The notes beneath the pieces are model-generated. The model ran no database searches, was not told the origin of the DNA, and saw only the letters and a program-made list of their open reading frames with translations. Shown piece after piece: positions 1-14,300 of a DNA stretch of 64,000 nucleotides. How positions within the stretch are numbered: the stretch's first letter is position 1; the number at the start of each line of letters is the position of its first letter. Location: NCBI RefSeq assembly GCF_006345805.1, contig NC_043009.1:19530001-19594000 (forward strand). Direction: 5' to 3'. Position numbers and translations under genes: made by a program. This stretch comes from Octopus sinensis. Its lineage: Eukaryota.

Positions 1-597
1 AGTTTAGTATGTTAAACGGGGGGAAGGACACTTGGCATAACATAGTCCTAGACACTCTGACCAGACGGGATGGTCGCAGTTGGAAATGCTTTAGTTTGTG
101 CTTAGACAACAATGACATACTGCTAGTATATAACAATCGTTTTCTATACATGAAATACAACAAAAGAAAAAAAGTTACATTTCTGGTACTTTAGTTATTG
201 CTAAATAAAAATAAATTATTTTCTACAAAAACATGAAATGAAAGAATTTACCAATTCCAAAACACGTGCAGAGTGTGAGATTTGTCTTCCTTGGTTACCG
301 GTGTAATGTTCCCTCACAAATAAATTTCCACCTCAAACCTGTTACTTGAAAATTTCATTCGTAACTTTCTAATCTGTTGAACATCAAAACTCGCCCCGAA
401 TCAACTCATCGAGCATTAAAAAAAGCTTCTCGTATTTTAAAACTACATTGAATTTAAATCAATAAATGGTATTTTTTCTTAAGTATAAAAAAATAACACC
501 AAAACAAATGTAATTTGAAAAATTCAATATGAAACTTGAACTAAAACAATTAAAAGCAAAACTTAAAGCTGAATATTCATTAAAAGCGATGCCGATA

Positions 598-1225
598 TAT
601 TGACCAAAATTACATAGAAATATCTTGAAATACTAAAGAGTACATTTATTCAATAAAATCGTCTTTTGCTTCAACCACAGACGACTTTTGATTCTCCTGC
701 TACTCTTCTGGGTGATCTCCTTGTTTAAGTTGGTGAATGCTGCCATAATCCTTGCCTTCAGTTCCTCTTTGGTGTTACAAAGAGTTTTGTTGGGCTCCCG
801 CTCAACTGTGCCCCCTACATAATAATGAAAGGGGTTGCAGTCTAGGAAGTTAGGTGGTCAGATGTTAGAATTGTCTGACAGCCACGACTGGGTTCTCTTG
901 TTTGTGTGGCTACCTCCTCCAGGCACTTGACTCTGTATTGAGTCTGAGGCCGTGTGAAAAGACGAATGGAGGCATAATGTCACCATCACCAGTGATCACT
1001 CCAAACACGATGATGTCGACTGGATGTTTGATTTCTATCACTCTCGGTACACGTCCTCAGGTTGACATCCAAACACTCTGAAATGTTCGTATTGGAGCTT
1101 CCGGCACAAATTCCAAGCGGCACAACATGTCGTTTCCAAATGTCTGGCCTAGTGAATTGCATCATGGTGCTATTTTTCTCGTAGACACTGCCCAACTGAC
1201 CACACTATATTGTGTCGTTGACAAA
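598..1225 (-). mobile_element. Second internally deleted copy of the same maT-family element
   Basis: MMQFTRPDIWKRHVVPLGICAGSSNTNISECLDVNLRT and the downstream segments align to 37550-38520. Confidence 0.78.
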
Positions 1226-3164
1226 ACCAAAAAACAAACAATGCGCATGCACGAATTATGAAATGGCAGCAATTTTACCATTGCACCTTATATGCGTGTG
1301 TGTGCGCGTGAGTGTGTGTCTGTGTTTGTCCCCCACAACCACTTGGCAACTGGTGTTGGTGTGTTTATATCCCCAGTAACTTAGCAGTTTGGCAAAAGAG
1401 ACTGATAAAATAAAAAGTATCAGGCTTTAAAAGAAAGTTGAGTACTGGGGGTCAAACTGCTTGAAAATTCCTCAAGGCAGTGCTGCCCCAGCATGGTCGC
1501 AGACTTATGACTGAAACAAGTAAAAGATAAAACTGATGTTGAAAGGACTTCTTTAGCAAGTTTTTGCATAAAGCAGTAACAGAACGGAAGAATCTGAACG
1601 CAAAATTCTAGGTTTCAACAATTTCTTTTGTCTGTTGGAAAGTAGTGGACAGAGAATCTTGCAGTATTGGCTGTGGTTCTCTGTGTTCTGAGTTCAAACC
1701 AAACTGAGGTAAAAATTTGTCATCTATCCACTCAGGCACTGATAAATAAAGAACCAACCCAGAACAATAGTTTTGTGGAGTTCTAAGAGTGTTGCATTGG
1801 ATATCTTTCCATATCTGTTTTAGTTCTTTGCATTGTATTCCTATAATAACAGGGGTGCTAAACTGTAAAGGTCTTGGCTGTTTCCTTGGGTAACACCGAT
1901 GGCATTGGAGAGGGCAGATTTGCTGATAACTGTCAGTCATTCATCCATAATCTTATCCGGGCCTCTACAGCCAAACCTGCAAGTCTTCAGGTGCTGATTC
2001 CTAATCTCACAAAGACATATGAAACTCCCAAATATATTTATTGGTCATAGGAATTAAGAGACAAAAACAAATAGCAACCAATATTTGACTTGGAGCCCAG
2101 GCAGTAAGGGAGCAGAATTGGCACCATGCCAGATGCTGAGTTCAAATGTTGCTGACGATGCCTCAGCCTTTCATCCATCCCGGGTTGATAAGTACCAATT
2201 AGACAGAATTCCTCTGAAATTGCTGGACTTGTACCTAAAGTTGAAGCTGATATTTGACATAGTGTATAAGTTTCAGCATTTTTTATTAGCATCAGCACAG
2301 ACCAGTAATTAATCTAAGTTTTATTTTTCTTCAAGATGTCTTATTTTTAATCAGAGAGAAATTAATTTACAAAAAATAAATCAAACAGAAAATCTTTAAA
2401 ATATGTAAAACGATTAGCAAAATAAACCTGAAAATTGTCAATAAGAATTTTATAGAACTCCACTAAATCTGTAGAGTGTATTCAGAATGCCAGGAATTAA
2501 ATAAAGAATTTATTTTAAACTGCCAGAAGAGACTGTTTCAAGTGACCCAACCAAGGGTAAGAGGGTCCACTGATTTTTATGGGGTCCTCAAAGAATTCTT
2601 TTATATGTGACAAGTTCGTTTTGGGACCAGTATTGCATGATCAGATATTGTTATTGTTTAGCCCCAGATCATCTCAAGCTTGAACAAATCTATGATCAAA
2701 GGCATTCCTGCCATGACCCTCATGCATTTTTACGTATCAGAGACTACACTGTCTAAAACACTCTTCCTTTCATTAAGGCAATAGGGTGCGATTTAAAGGT
2801 GATTTGGCTGTTATTTCTAGCAAATTGGCTGACACCATAAAGACACCCCCATTGTTTGTTGTGTTCCTCTATTTACACACCAGTGTATCATTATTTCAAC
2901 AAACTACCTCGTTAGTGATTAAATGAGCCTTACTCTAAGAAGTTTAACAGCAACCTACATTCACTCAAAATGTCGCTAGTGTGGAGTAAAAATGATAATA
3001 ATTAAAATGTTATCCATCAAAACCATTTAGCCATGGCTATTTCAATGCGATTGAATTTCAGTTGAAGTCAAACAGTTTTCCTTCCAATTAAAACCTCATA
3101 ACACTTCCCTTCTACAAGGAATGGCCAAATGTTTTAACAATCCTCTCCATTGTATCCTGTCTCT

Positions 3165-3425
3165 TGCACACACACACACACACACACACGTTGTCAAGGT
3201 CAAGTAGAATATAACTGGTTTTGGCATATATATATATATATATATATGCAAATATATAGACATACATATGTATATATATATATATAGACATAAATATGTA
3301 TGCGTATGTATATATATACACATATGCATACATATAAATATTTGTATAGATATGTATATATACATGTATGCATATATAGATACATGTATATATACTTATA
3401 TATGCACACACACACATGTATCCAT
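3165..3425. repeat. Compound (CA)n/(TA)n microsatellite
   Basis: Direct reading. Similar tracts at 9935-9990, 10090-10285, 10705-10895, 11078-11200 and 22750-23085. Confidence 0.95.
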
Positions 3426-4264
3426 AGACACATAAACAACATATTCTCTTCCAATACAACGGTCAGAAGACATACTGACCATTCTACCAAATAAGCACCA
3501 CTGCCATATCACAACCCACCCACCCCCACCTCTATTGCTATTTTGCTGTTCATGCTGCTTCAGTATAGAAACTTCTTACAAGCAATAAACATTCTATTTT
3601 GGAGAATTCAGGGAGATTACCATTTTCCTTCAAACACTCCAAAACTAACTGAACCATTGAAATAGCCACTTTGAAATACCATTATCAATTAATGAAATAT
3701 CATCGTCAATTCACACAAATGAAGAACTAAGTATATGCCCCCCACCACCACCACCACATTTAAAGGATGTCTTCCTTTCATTTGTTTTATGTCTGTTTTT
3801 CTATGTTGGCATGAGTTAGATGACTTTATTATTAAGGCATTCTTTTACACTGGGATGCTCTTCCTGTTGCTAACCATTAAACTGTTTTTCAAGTGAGCGA
3901 CCTCTAACTTCATTAGTCTTCAACACCATGAAGTGAGTTGAGGATTTACTGACGGAAGTGACTGCTCATAGTCTGCAACCTTCAAAGAGCATAAATGAAA
4001 ACACACACGCACACACATACACACACAAACACATGCACACACACACAAAGTTTCATTTATCTTTCAGTATATTTTAAAACTAAGACTGAATGTTTATTAA
4101 AATTAGAGTTTAAGTTTTCATAGAAAAGTTTGATGAGAAAATGTAGTCTACTGAGAAGAGAACATGAACTCGTTTGTGACCATATTTCTGTTGAAATACA
4201 TTGTTGTAGTTTCAATAAATTTAGAAAATAATGAAGAATTTTGTAAAATAGCAATCAGTAATTC

Positions 4265-4620
4265 TTGTGTACGGCCAACAAGTGGAAGGATATCACAGTA
4301 AAAGAAGACCTGTCATTAGGTAGAAGGATAAATTGAAGCAATCCCTAAAATCTCAACAGCTTAACTTGGACATCTTGGGAAAGTCATTGCCTAGATCGAT
4401 CCGCATGGTGTAAAATGTGTCACGAGGCATTGAAACAATTTTGAGTTGAAGAAAAAGAATAATAGAAGAACTCTATCCTGCAACTAACAGACACTCTTAC
4501 CCAATCCCAGGCAAAATCAAAATCCTCAATGTCCCCATTGCGACTTCATAGCAAAATCCATTCCTGGACTCAAATTTCATTCACACATCCATCGCAAACT
4601 GATGCAGCTTCTTAATGTTT
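4265..4620 (+). mobile_element. RTE/BovB-type LINE C-terminal remnant with C2H2 finger
   Basis: Degraded reading KDKLKQSLK...DRSAWCKMCHEALKQF...QCPHCDFIAKSIPGLKFHSHIH (C-x2-C-x12-H-x3-H), typical of RTE ORF ends. Confidence 0.6.
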
Positions 4621-5026
4621 TTTTGTTTGTTTTTTGGTTGTTTTCGTCCTTTCTATTACTTTCTTTAACTTTAAGCCCCTTCCTTCAAACACTCAAAACC
4701 GACAGGAGTGACCATCATTAAGCTAATGTTTGGAACATAAATTAAAATGAAATTTTGATGACAACTTAGATTATTTTAAAATAAGGAGTTTGTATGAAAA
4801 AGAAAACCAAGTGCAGTTTCAGAGGGGTTTGTTTTAAGCGGGATCGCTTCTATGAAGTAAAAGACAGCTGCATAAGATGAAAATATATATTTTGTATTAT
4901 AATACATCCTATTTCTCATACTTACATGGACTAGCATCTAGTCTGTGGGGCTGTAACCCCTAAATATGAGGTGATTTAGACTGTGACAACCTTTCCAAAT
5001 TATGCCAGCATAGAAAGCAGATGTGA

Positions 5027-5130
5027 AATGATGAAGATAGCAATGGTAGTGATGATAACGATGATGATGGTGACGATGATGATGGTGGTGGTGATGATGA
5101 TGATGACGATGACGATGATGACGATGATGA
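5027..5130. repeat. (GAT/GAC/GGT)n trinucleotide repeat
   Basis: Direct reading; source of the spurious poly-Met ORF. Confidence 0.9.
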
Positions 5131-5539
5131 CTGTAATCAGTTTAACTAAAATGCATTGCCTTAGCAATTAGAATTCTATTGCAATTAACCCAATTTGCAT
5201 AGCAGGGGTTGAAGAATTACAAGATGTCATTAAGTCACCAATAAAGTAGACACTTCTGAACCAAATAAACAGACTAAAACATAAATATTTTTTTTTTACT
5301 TTGAATACATTTTGTGTCCCCATAAATTAATGCTCCACAATTTCTAAACTACTTTTTTCATGGGTGAGTATCAAGAGTTTGACTTAATCTCTCTGAAATT
5401 TTGAATGTCTTTTGATATTCTTCAGTTATTCCAAGTTAACCAAATTTATATGTCTTGGTCTTTTATCTGTGGAAGATGCATAGGACCCATAAAAGCTACA
5501 GATACTCAGGAAATTGATTCTCTCAAATGCCTCATGAGA

Positions 5540-5975
5540 TGATGGTGGATGTAGACAGTGGATGCAGCTATTATAAGAGGGAGACCCAGGAAGACATGGG
5601 ACAAAATAATGAAGGTCAATCTTAAGACAGTGAGCCTTACGAAGGAGATGATAAAAAACTGAGATGTCTGGCACTTGTTGCACTCAAAAAGACCTGCCCA
5701 CCACAGCAGAATTATTAATGCAACCCTCTAAGTTGAAGAGGTTTTTGGCCTTGAAGAGCCCTTGTGTCTGACCATGTGAAAAGCAGCCATGCTGGTTCAC
5801 ATAAAAGGAACCCAACATACTTTATAAAGGGGTTGGCATTAGGAAAGGCGTCTAGCCATAGAAAATGTTCCAAATGAGATTGGAGCCTAGTGCATCTCTC
5901 CAGCTGGTCAAACCATCCAATCCATGCCAGCATGGAAAATGGACATTAAATGATGATGATGATAATGATGATGAT
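5540..5975 (+). mobile_element. RTE LINE 3' end fragment
   Basis: GRPRKTWD-like codons followed by the family 3' terminus (ggcattaggaaaggc...ccatgccagcatggaaaatggacattaaa) and (GAT)n. Shorter 3'-end copies lie at about 27151-27238(-), 27900-28105(+), 38625-38800(-), 45785-46260(-), 52343-52495(-) and 61605-61785(+). Confidence 0.7.
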
Positions 5976-7084
5976 TGACACATTTAAAATTACTCCAAGA
6001 CAAAATGAAGATCATACAGATGAAAACAAGTTTGATTATGTCAATAACCAGTTAATGAAGTTTATAAAGAAAATAACATTACTCAACTGAAAATTATATT
6101 TTTACAAATTTTTATTAATAATGAATATCATTTATTGAAAGCTTTCAATACATAATTAAACAATAAAAAAAGGTTACAAAATACACTGGAATCGAAACTC
6201 CAGGTGTCTTTAATACATTGGAATGGTATAAATAAATTGAATAGATTTGACTTGTTTCACATTGTTTGTAAACATGAAGTATTGATGGCTGTCACTTTAA
6301 CTCATCATAAAAGACTTCCCAATCATGGTTTGGCACTACCGTCTGGCACTTAAGATGTCTTTAAGATGTCTTTATTGGGGTTCACTCTGCTGGAAACATT
6401 CAGACCAGGCCAGGTCCCTAGTCAGAGTGTGTCAAGACCTTCCACTTTTCTCCTTTTCTCTCATACATCTTAAAAAACCTGCAAAAAATTGCTTCTCACT
6501 AAACACTAATTAAAGAAAAAGAATAATTACCTTCGTTACTCTGAATACAATTAAGTACAATTTAATAGGTTTAATTAATATATGAAGTTATTTATTCATA
6601 AAAATGATTACAATTTTACAGAGATGAATTGTTTTTAATCAATCTGTGAGCAAAATGAGCCAGAATTTTAAAGGATTCTTTTGTTACAATTAATGAACGA
6701 GAATATTTATTATGAGAATACTTACAATGATTTTCATCAATAGTCATGCAGTCTCAGGCTTATAGAAGCAATTGCTGTGGTTGTGATGTTCATGCATTTT
6801 TGCAAAAGCATTGCATTAGCAATATAAAGTGAATTGATTTGAAAAACCAAAATATAGTTTATGCGTCCAAAGAATTTTTGGGGTGGGGGTGGGGGGGACT
6901 CTAGTCACCACCCCTCATGGGACAACCTCTCTAGTGCTGGTAAAAGACATTCAGTCCACACTTTGAGACAAACACTACAACAAAGTTGGCCGGTTTCTTC
7001 TGTTGCTGAATGCGTAAAATGATGATAATGATGATGATGGTAGTAATGTGCATGCATGCGCACACACACACACACACACACACA

Positions 7085-8440
7085 CATCTCCACCTTTCAG
7101 ATGCAGATAATAAACACACAACAAGCCAAATTCTAGCAAAAAGTCTCTTCTTCTGGGTCAGGAGCAAAACTTAAGAGTTGCTGTCGTTAACACTGGCACG
7201 ATGAAAGGTAAGTGTGGGGAGATGAGGAAGCTGCAAGGGTAGAGAAGATGAGTGGATGAGGAGTGAGTAGAAGAGATAAGATGAAGGAGATTTTCAGTTG
7301 GAGTCTTCACAGGATAGAACCATGGACACAAATTCTTCTGGGTTGGTAAGAAGAGTGAAGTCAGTCAAGTTGTTGGAAGAGAAAGGGACAAAGTAATTAA
7401 GGTAATTAAAGTATGTGAGAGAAGAATAATTAAGACTAATCATAGGAAATACAACAGTAACAGTTATTTCTAAATAGGCCACACAATCTGGAATTAACAG
7501 ATGAGAAAAAAAAAGATTGTTTCTTTGAGGTTCTCTTGCAGGCAGGCATTACAACAACAGATGACAGCAATCTCTTTATTATGGCTGGGTACTTTAAGTG
7601 ATATGTTGGGTGACACCATGAAAGTTTTTCTCATGTATATGGAAGATATGGAGATGGTACACAAAATGAAGAACGATCAAATGACCTGTCCAATACCTTC
7701 AGGAAACTGTCAGATACTTGACCACCTACCTCTCAGGTGAACATGCAGGTGAAAAGTTCCATTAAATATAGATGAGCAACATCAGAATAAGAGCCAGATG
7801 GTCTCAAAGACACAAGACAATATGAAATGAATGGTATGTAAGCTGGAAGAACCTGCAGCCAGATTGTTGAGAAGGAAGGAGGATATAGAGACTTATGAAT
7901 AGAAGACAGCTGTTGGTGCCTGCCAGACAACCTGCTGTGCCCTGTAGAAGCAAAGTTCCTGCTAGATGGAAAGCAACTTGGTAGTGAAATAGTAGAATAA
8001 ACAGAACTCTAAAAGCTAAGAGAGAAGCAGAGAAAGAATTGAAAAAAGTGCAAGTAACAAAGATGATGTTCGTAAAGGAGAAGCTAGAATGAGGTCAACT
8101 CAGCAAGAGCAGAGAGGAAAGTGAGAGTAATGTTCTGAGATGAGAAGAGATGTGAGGTACAAAGCAGTATGGCAAAGTAAATGAGGGTACTGTTGGTGTA
8201 AAGTGTTTAATGATAGCAGCATTCTTGCCCTCATTGATGTCAAGAAGAAAGAAGAGAAGTTGTTAAATAGGGAGAGCATGTAGAAGAAAAAGCTGTTGAA
8301 ATTGAAAGCTCAATAGTCAAAATGGCCATTAAAGATATGAAAATAGTGAAAGCAGTGAGTGATAATTGCTAAAATGGTGGAAATATTTAGCAAAGTATGA
8401 GATGCACTAATTACTCACCTATTCAATCTGGTGGTAGATG
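7085..8440 (-). mobile_element. Degraded Penelope-like element
   Basis: Strong purine/pyrimidine strand skew; remnant CTISISSIYMRKT resembling the GIY-YIG CxxC...YIGET segment; terminal structure similar to PLE ends. Related purine-rich remnants at about 41030-41230 and 59930-60340. Confidence 0.4.
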
Positions 8441-8469
8441 TAAGGGTCATTGTCAGTTACTGGTGTAGC

Positions 8470-9900
8470 TGTATCATCATCATCAACAACAACAACAACT
8501 ACAAGGGTAAAGGAGATGCTTTAAAGAGAAGCAACTTTAGAAATATCAAATGAATGGACCAAGTTATGAAAGTAATGGCAGAAGAGTCTTAACAGAATCG
8601 ACGAAGGGAGAAAATTAAGTTTGATGAGACCAGAGTTCAGATTTGTGTCTGGCTGGGAGACCTGTAATGTCCTCTTTCAATTAAAACAATAATGGGAGAA
8701 GTTTTTAACAAAGAACAAGCCTTTATACCTAGCATTTGTTGATGGGGAAATGATCTTTTAATGGGATTCATGCTCTGTAGTAGGGCTGGTTGTCCCCAAG
8801 AAAACTAGACACAGGTAAAAAGTATGTGAGAACTGTGCAAAGTTTGTATGGAGAGGCTGAGAGAAAGGTAAGAGATGGTAATGAGTTGAAGGAAGAATTT
8901 ATCATGCAGGAACATGTCTCTGTCTCTTCTTATAGTTCTTCAGACCATAACAAAGGAATTTAAGATTGGCTCTCTGTGGAAAGTTTTGTTTGTCACAAAT
9001 TTAAACGTCATGCCTGAATCTGTTGAAAAATTATAGAAGAAATCACTAATATGGAAACAATGCCGAGTCTTGAAGTAAACAAAGCAAAGACAAAAGTTAA
9101 AGATAGCAGGAAATAAGATAGAACTCTGGTGATATCCAGGAAGGGGCCTTGCTTGACACCTTGAAGAATAAGCAGGAAGGGATGTCATTTGGTGTATATA
9201 AAGTATGGATGCTCAAGAGGAATAGCAGGGACACAAGTAGACTCCTTTCAGAGCAGAAAAACATTGTATGTTAAAGATGTGCAGAAGTGAGAACAACCAT
9301 AAAATAAATTCTTTCAAATACTTAGAGCCTTCCATAGAAGTAGTTGATAACTTCTATTACCTACATGACCTAATTAGCAGCAAAGTAGGGTGTTTCAAAA
9401 GCCTAGTAATCAGATAAGAACAAAAACCATTTCTGGCAGCAAGCGAGGAATTGTGTCTCCAAGTGAAAGATGGATTGTATCATGCTTGTGCATGGAGTGT
9501 GACAGCATATGATGGCAGAACATGGACATTGAACGCAAAGGCTGGGAGGCAGTGTGCTGGGCATGTTCTGTGGGTTGTGGAATGTCAGAACCAGAACCGA
9601 TGATGAGCGTTAAGGCAGAAATGTGCCAAGAGCAAAAATGGCATATCAGATGTGGAACTCAAGAGAGAAGATTGAAGAATGTTGTGGTGCAGACATATGA
9701 TGTGTATGGAGAATGAGAGTTTGGCAAAAAATTGCCAAATGATGCAAGTGGAAGGAGCCCGTAGAAGAAAGCAATTAAAGAAAACATGAGAAAAAATTGT
9801 AAAAGATGGTTTGTGAAAGATGAACCTCAAGAAGGAGATGACAAAGATGGTTAGAAATGGTAAGAAGCTGTGTGGGAAAGGATTTTTCAAACTCAAGCAA
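8470..9900 (+). mobile_element. Old, highly degraded RTE LINE RT region
   Basis: Remnants of FLTKNKPLYLAFVD, a YLHDL (YLGD-like) segment, and the RRKQLKKTW-like C-terminus, collinear with the younger RTE copies. Confidence 0.6.
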
Positions 9901-9942
9901 GCTTAGTAAAAATAGATGTAAATGAAAGATGAATAGTATATA

Positions 9943-9994
<52 letters not shown>

Positions 9995-10094
9995 AGTTTA
10001 AATTTGATATTAGAAAATATGTTACATAATTATATTAATGTGTACTTTCACATACTGAGTTCTGTAATTAATCACTTTATAGTGAATCAATCAT

Positions 10095-10127
<33 letters not shown>

Positions 10128-10231
10128 TACATATATGCATATACACACACACACACATATATATATGTATATACATACAAACATATATGCATATACATAA
10201 ATACATACATATATATATATATGTATAGACA

Positions 10232-10263
<32 letters not shown>

Positions 10264-11204
10264 CATACACACACACACACATAAATAAAAAAAATGGAAC
10301 AAGAATGCAACAGATGACAGTAAAACATCCAGACAGATAGACGATGCAAAGATGAGCAGGAGAAACAATAAAAAGACAGATGGGAAAAAACAAGGATGGG
10401 TCATTCGCAGCCTCCTCTCATCAGTCAAGTTTCCAGATCATCCTCACAGTTTCGACCGGTTACACTTGAGACTGTTCAAATCTGGCTGGCCCCAAAAATC
10501 TAAGCTAAGGGCAGTAAATTTTGGGGGAGAAAGCAAGCAAATGTGTATGACAACAATGACAAAAAAAAAGGATGGAGAAAATGTTACACAATTACAAATA
10601 CAAGCCACAAGAAAATAACAACAGGTGTCCTTTGACTAATAAAGACGAATCAAGTTGAACTGGTGTGTGTAGAGTGAAATCCTTGAGGCAGGAACATAGG
10701 AGATGAACACACACACACACACACACATATGTATATATATATATACACACACATATATATATATACATATATACACACACATATATATACATACACACAT
10801 ATATATATTTATATACACATGCACACACACACACTCACACACACACACATGCATGTATGTCTGTATGAGAGTGTGTGTATGTGTGTGTATATAAATACCC
10901 ACATTCTTGACAGTAACGTTGAAGTGTCACTAGTGGTTGGCATAATTGGACTGCTGAAGCTAACCATGATGGAACGTTACGGTCACCATCAATCGTTTTC
11001 TGAAATTTTAAAATGTCTGACTTTACGCTTTTAGTTTTAGTGTTCACAGTCTTTATGGTAATAAAAACAGTCTTAATTGTGTGTGTGTGTGTGTGTGTGT
11101 GTTTCTCTGTGCAAACGTCTTCTTTGTTCCTTCCATTATATTTGCATTTCATTCTTTCTCTCTCTTTCTCTCTCTTTCTCTCTCTCTCTCTTTCTCTCTG
11201 TATT

Positions 11205-11336
11205 TCAAGCCATTGTCAAAGCCGTACATTCATATTGATCCTTTTCGTTTTTTTCGTTCTTTTCGTTCTTTTCTTTCTTCTCTGTCCCCCTTTTCACTTT
11301 TTGTTGATTTAAGCTGGGACAAGTAATTTTGGTGAA
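11205..11336 (-). CDS. PLPP: PLPP-like terminal coding exon 6
   Basis: Strong acceptor tttttatttctttacctttcag in the required phase 0; encodes [43 protein letters not shown]-stop (TGA). Supported by the splice signal and frame, not by recognisable homology. Confidence 0.7.
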   Translation of the reverse strand, partial: FTKITCPSLNQQKVKRGTEKKEKNEKNEKNEKDQYECTALTMA

Positions 11337-14300
11337 CTGAAAGGTAAAGAAATAAAAACATTACATTATTTTAAAAACTTTCTTTAAATTATTTTGAAAT
11401 TAGGTTTTTTGGAAAATAATTTTGTAATGAAATTTCTCTTATATAATATAGAAGCCTTTTTCTTGAAGGAACAATCAGAGGCAACTTTGAGTAGACACAA
11501 GTCTTAGAGGGGACATCTTCTCCAGTGTTGCTGGCATAATAAAATACCTCCAGTCCATGATGTGAAATGGTAGATGATAGGGAGGACGTCCAACCATAGA
11601 TACCATATCAATGATGTACAAGAGTCACTACACATGATGGCTGGTTTGTTACAATGCCTTTTACTTTCAGGCATTGTCTACCATGAATTACATCATCCAA
11701 TGTATTCCTTTTTAAAAATGGTAGAATTTGATATGACAGAAATTTAGTTGTCATTTCTTACTCGTTTGTTGGTTCATTAAACAAGGAATATTGTATTGAA
11801 ATTTGATGAATTGTTACAACACACATCCTTCCATTTATGAAGAAAAGAAACAATTCTGAAAAAAGCTGATTTACTTACAACACCAGTTGCAACCATTATA
11901 CCAACAGCAGAACCAGCAATGACATCAATTAAGTGGTGTTTATTATCAGAAACTCGAGTAATAACACTCCAGGCTGATAGAACTAACAGCGCCATCTGGA
12001 GGGATGCTTTGAAGAAACGACTCACTTTCACTTCAAATCGAAGTTCCAGATACAACTGTAAAATGAAAAGACAATTTTTTTATCATCAAGAATTTTGGTA
12101 AAAAACAAACAAATTAAAAAATATTTTATTTCTTAAAAAAAAATCAACTTTGATTTGAAACAACAGCAATGACAAAATAATTTTATATCATAACAAGGTA
12201 GTTGATAGCAACATCTATGATGTGTCATAGTTAGAAATACGATGGTAGTAGCTATGATGGGTTACAAAGAGATATGTAACTAAAGTAGTTATGATTTGAT
12301 ATGACAAGAAATGTGATAGTTGTGGCTATGATATGTAACTCTATTGTTCTTTTATGAAATTTTATAATCATGATTAAATTGTTAAACTAAATGAGAGACA
12401 TTTCAATAAGAGTGAAGTTTCAATGAAAATGTCCAGATAGAGAATAATGGATGAGTGAGTTGGATTAGCTGAGATTAAAAGATTAAATTACACAATGTGT
12501 CAGCAGAAGTTCAATGAATGTTAAAGGCAAAAATATTGGTGAAGTGTTTTAAAGGGTTTTAATGATGCTGAAGTAAATAAATTGAAGAGTTTATGAGAAG
12601 TGTTACCCAGGAGGACTTTTATGGGTAACAGAGGACAGTGAAGGTGTGAACGATGGTAAATATCAGATGAATAAAGATTTCAAGGTAAATAATGAGATAT
12701 AATAATAATAATTTCTAACTTACAACAGTGTAGAGTGCTGTGTATACAGAAATGGCTGCATGACCCGATGGAAATGACAACAAAGCATCCCTTTGTTTCA
12801 AAGGGTTAAATTCTGTACTGGTGCATGTGTAATTATGGACAAATCTGTTAAATAAAGTAGTTTTAATTGAGATTTATGTCAACATCATTTGGTGTTTATT
12901 AGAATTTATCTTCAAAAGAAACAGATGAAAAACAATGCTGCTATAATTTTTCCCTCAATTTTGAAACATTTAAATTATATTTTATAGAATCTTCTACCTG
13001 ACCAAATAATCTTTTCATTATGTAACTCTCAGATCTGATTGACTGACCCCCTTTTTACTAAATAATTGTTTTTATTGCATAGACACCTGTTCTATCTTCA
13101 AATTAACCAAATCTGGCCTCTTACAACTACTCAACAATGTCACTCTAAAAATAAACAATCATCTCATAGAAATCTCAAAGTTATGACATAATGCACAACA
13201 AATTCAAGACAACAAAGAAGATATAAGCTGGACATTCGAGAGAGAGAGAGAGAAAGCTTAATACTAATGGGCAAAGGACTTGCAATGCCTCTCTACTAGG
13301 CCCTCAGTCTTGTAAGTTGTAAGGGGACCTCACTAGTGCCATGACAAAAAGCACCCAATTCCCTTGGGTTTCAGAAGGCCATCTAGCTAAAAGTAACCCT
13401 GCCAAAGCAAACATTGGAGCAGAGTGCAGTCCACTGATTTATTGGATCCAATTAAAGAATCCAACCAATGTCCAACATGGAAAACAGATGTCAAAGGATA
13501 ATGAATGGACTTCACCAAACATATCCAAAGACCAAGTCTTCAACTGGGTGACAGATTAAATTCTATTCTAATCTATAAGTTAGAAGTGGTTAATTCTGAA
13601 CAAAGTTTTATTTGTTACTAGCCTTATCACCCGGTGTTGCATAGGTTTGTTTCGACCCTTTAGAATTGGAACTTTTGAAAAGTAAAAATTTTGCATTATG
13701 CAACTTGTTATTCTCTTCAAGTGAACATTTTTTCAGTTGAAATATACCGAAAAATGGTGACACAGCAGTCAAAAATCGTAAAAAATAGGGATTTTCATAG
13801 AAAAAAAAAAGCACCTTTTTGATGTAAATAATTTTTGGTGTTAACATGGTCCGATTTGAATTTTATCTTCTACAGAATGAAGAGCAAGCCTTCTTCTATC
13901 ATACTCTCAATTTTGGTCAACTTGCGCTGCAGGGTCTCGAAGGAGATAGTGTTAGTTGAAGGCTACCAAACCTGCCACACACAGACAACTTCAGCTTTAT
14001 ATATATAGATTTGCTACACACTACTTTCCATCCTTGATAATGAAACTTGGTAGATCCAAAAGTTAAACACATAGACACACACACAGATACACAAGTTGAG
14101 TTTTATATATATATAGATTTCTCAATGGGGATTTCAGGGGAGAGTTTCAGGGAGTCGCTGGCGATGTATCATGATGATCAAAAATCCAGCCTGCTAAAAT
14201 TTGGTGAAAGTGATTCAAACTGCAGACTCAACGCAAAATGGTCACATTTAATTCAAAGCGTTAAAAATGTTATGAAAACAATTGGTATGTGTTCACAAAG

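Noticed and set aside
4983-5171. Poly-Met/Thr ORF
   Set aside because: Product of a (GAT/GAC)n repeat.
10890-11000. Possible extra minus-strand exon (KTIDGDRNVPSW...)
   Set aside because: Downstream of the predicted stop, weak donor, no recognisable homology; probably 3' UTR.
11390-11547. Alternative PLPP last exon VFYYASN...
   Set aside because: The acceptor (catggactggag) lacks a polypyrimidine tract; the 11336 acceptor is much stronger. Not excluded without RNA data.
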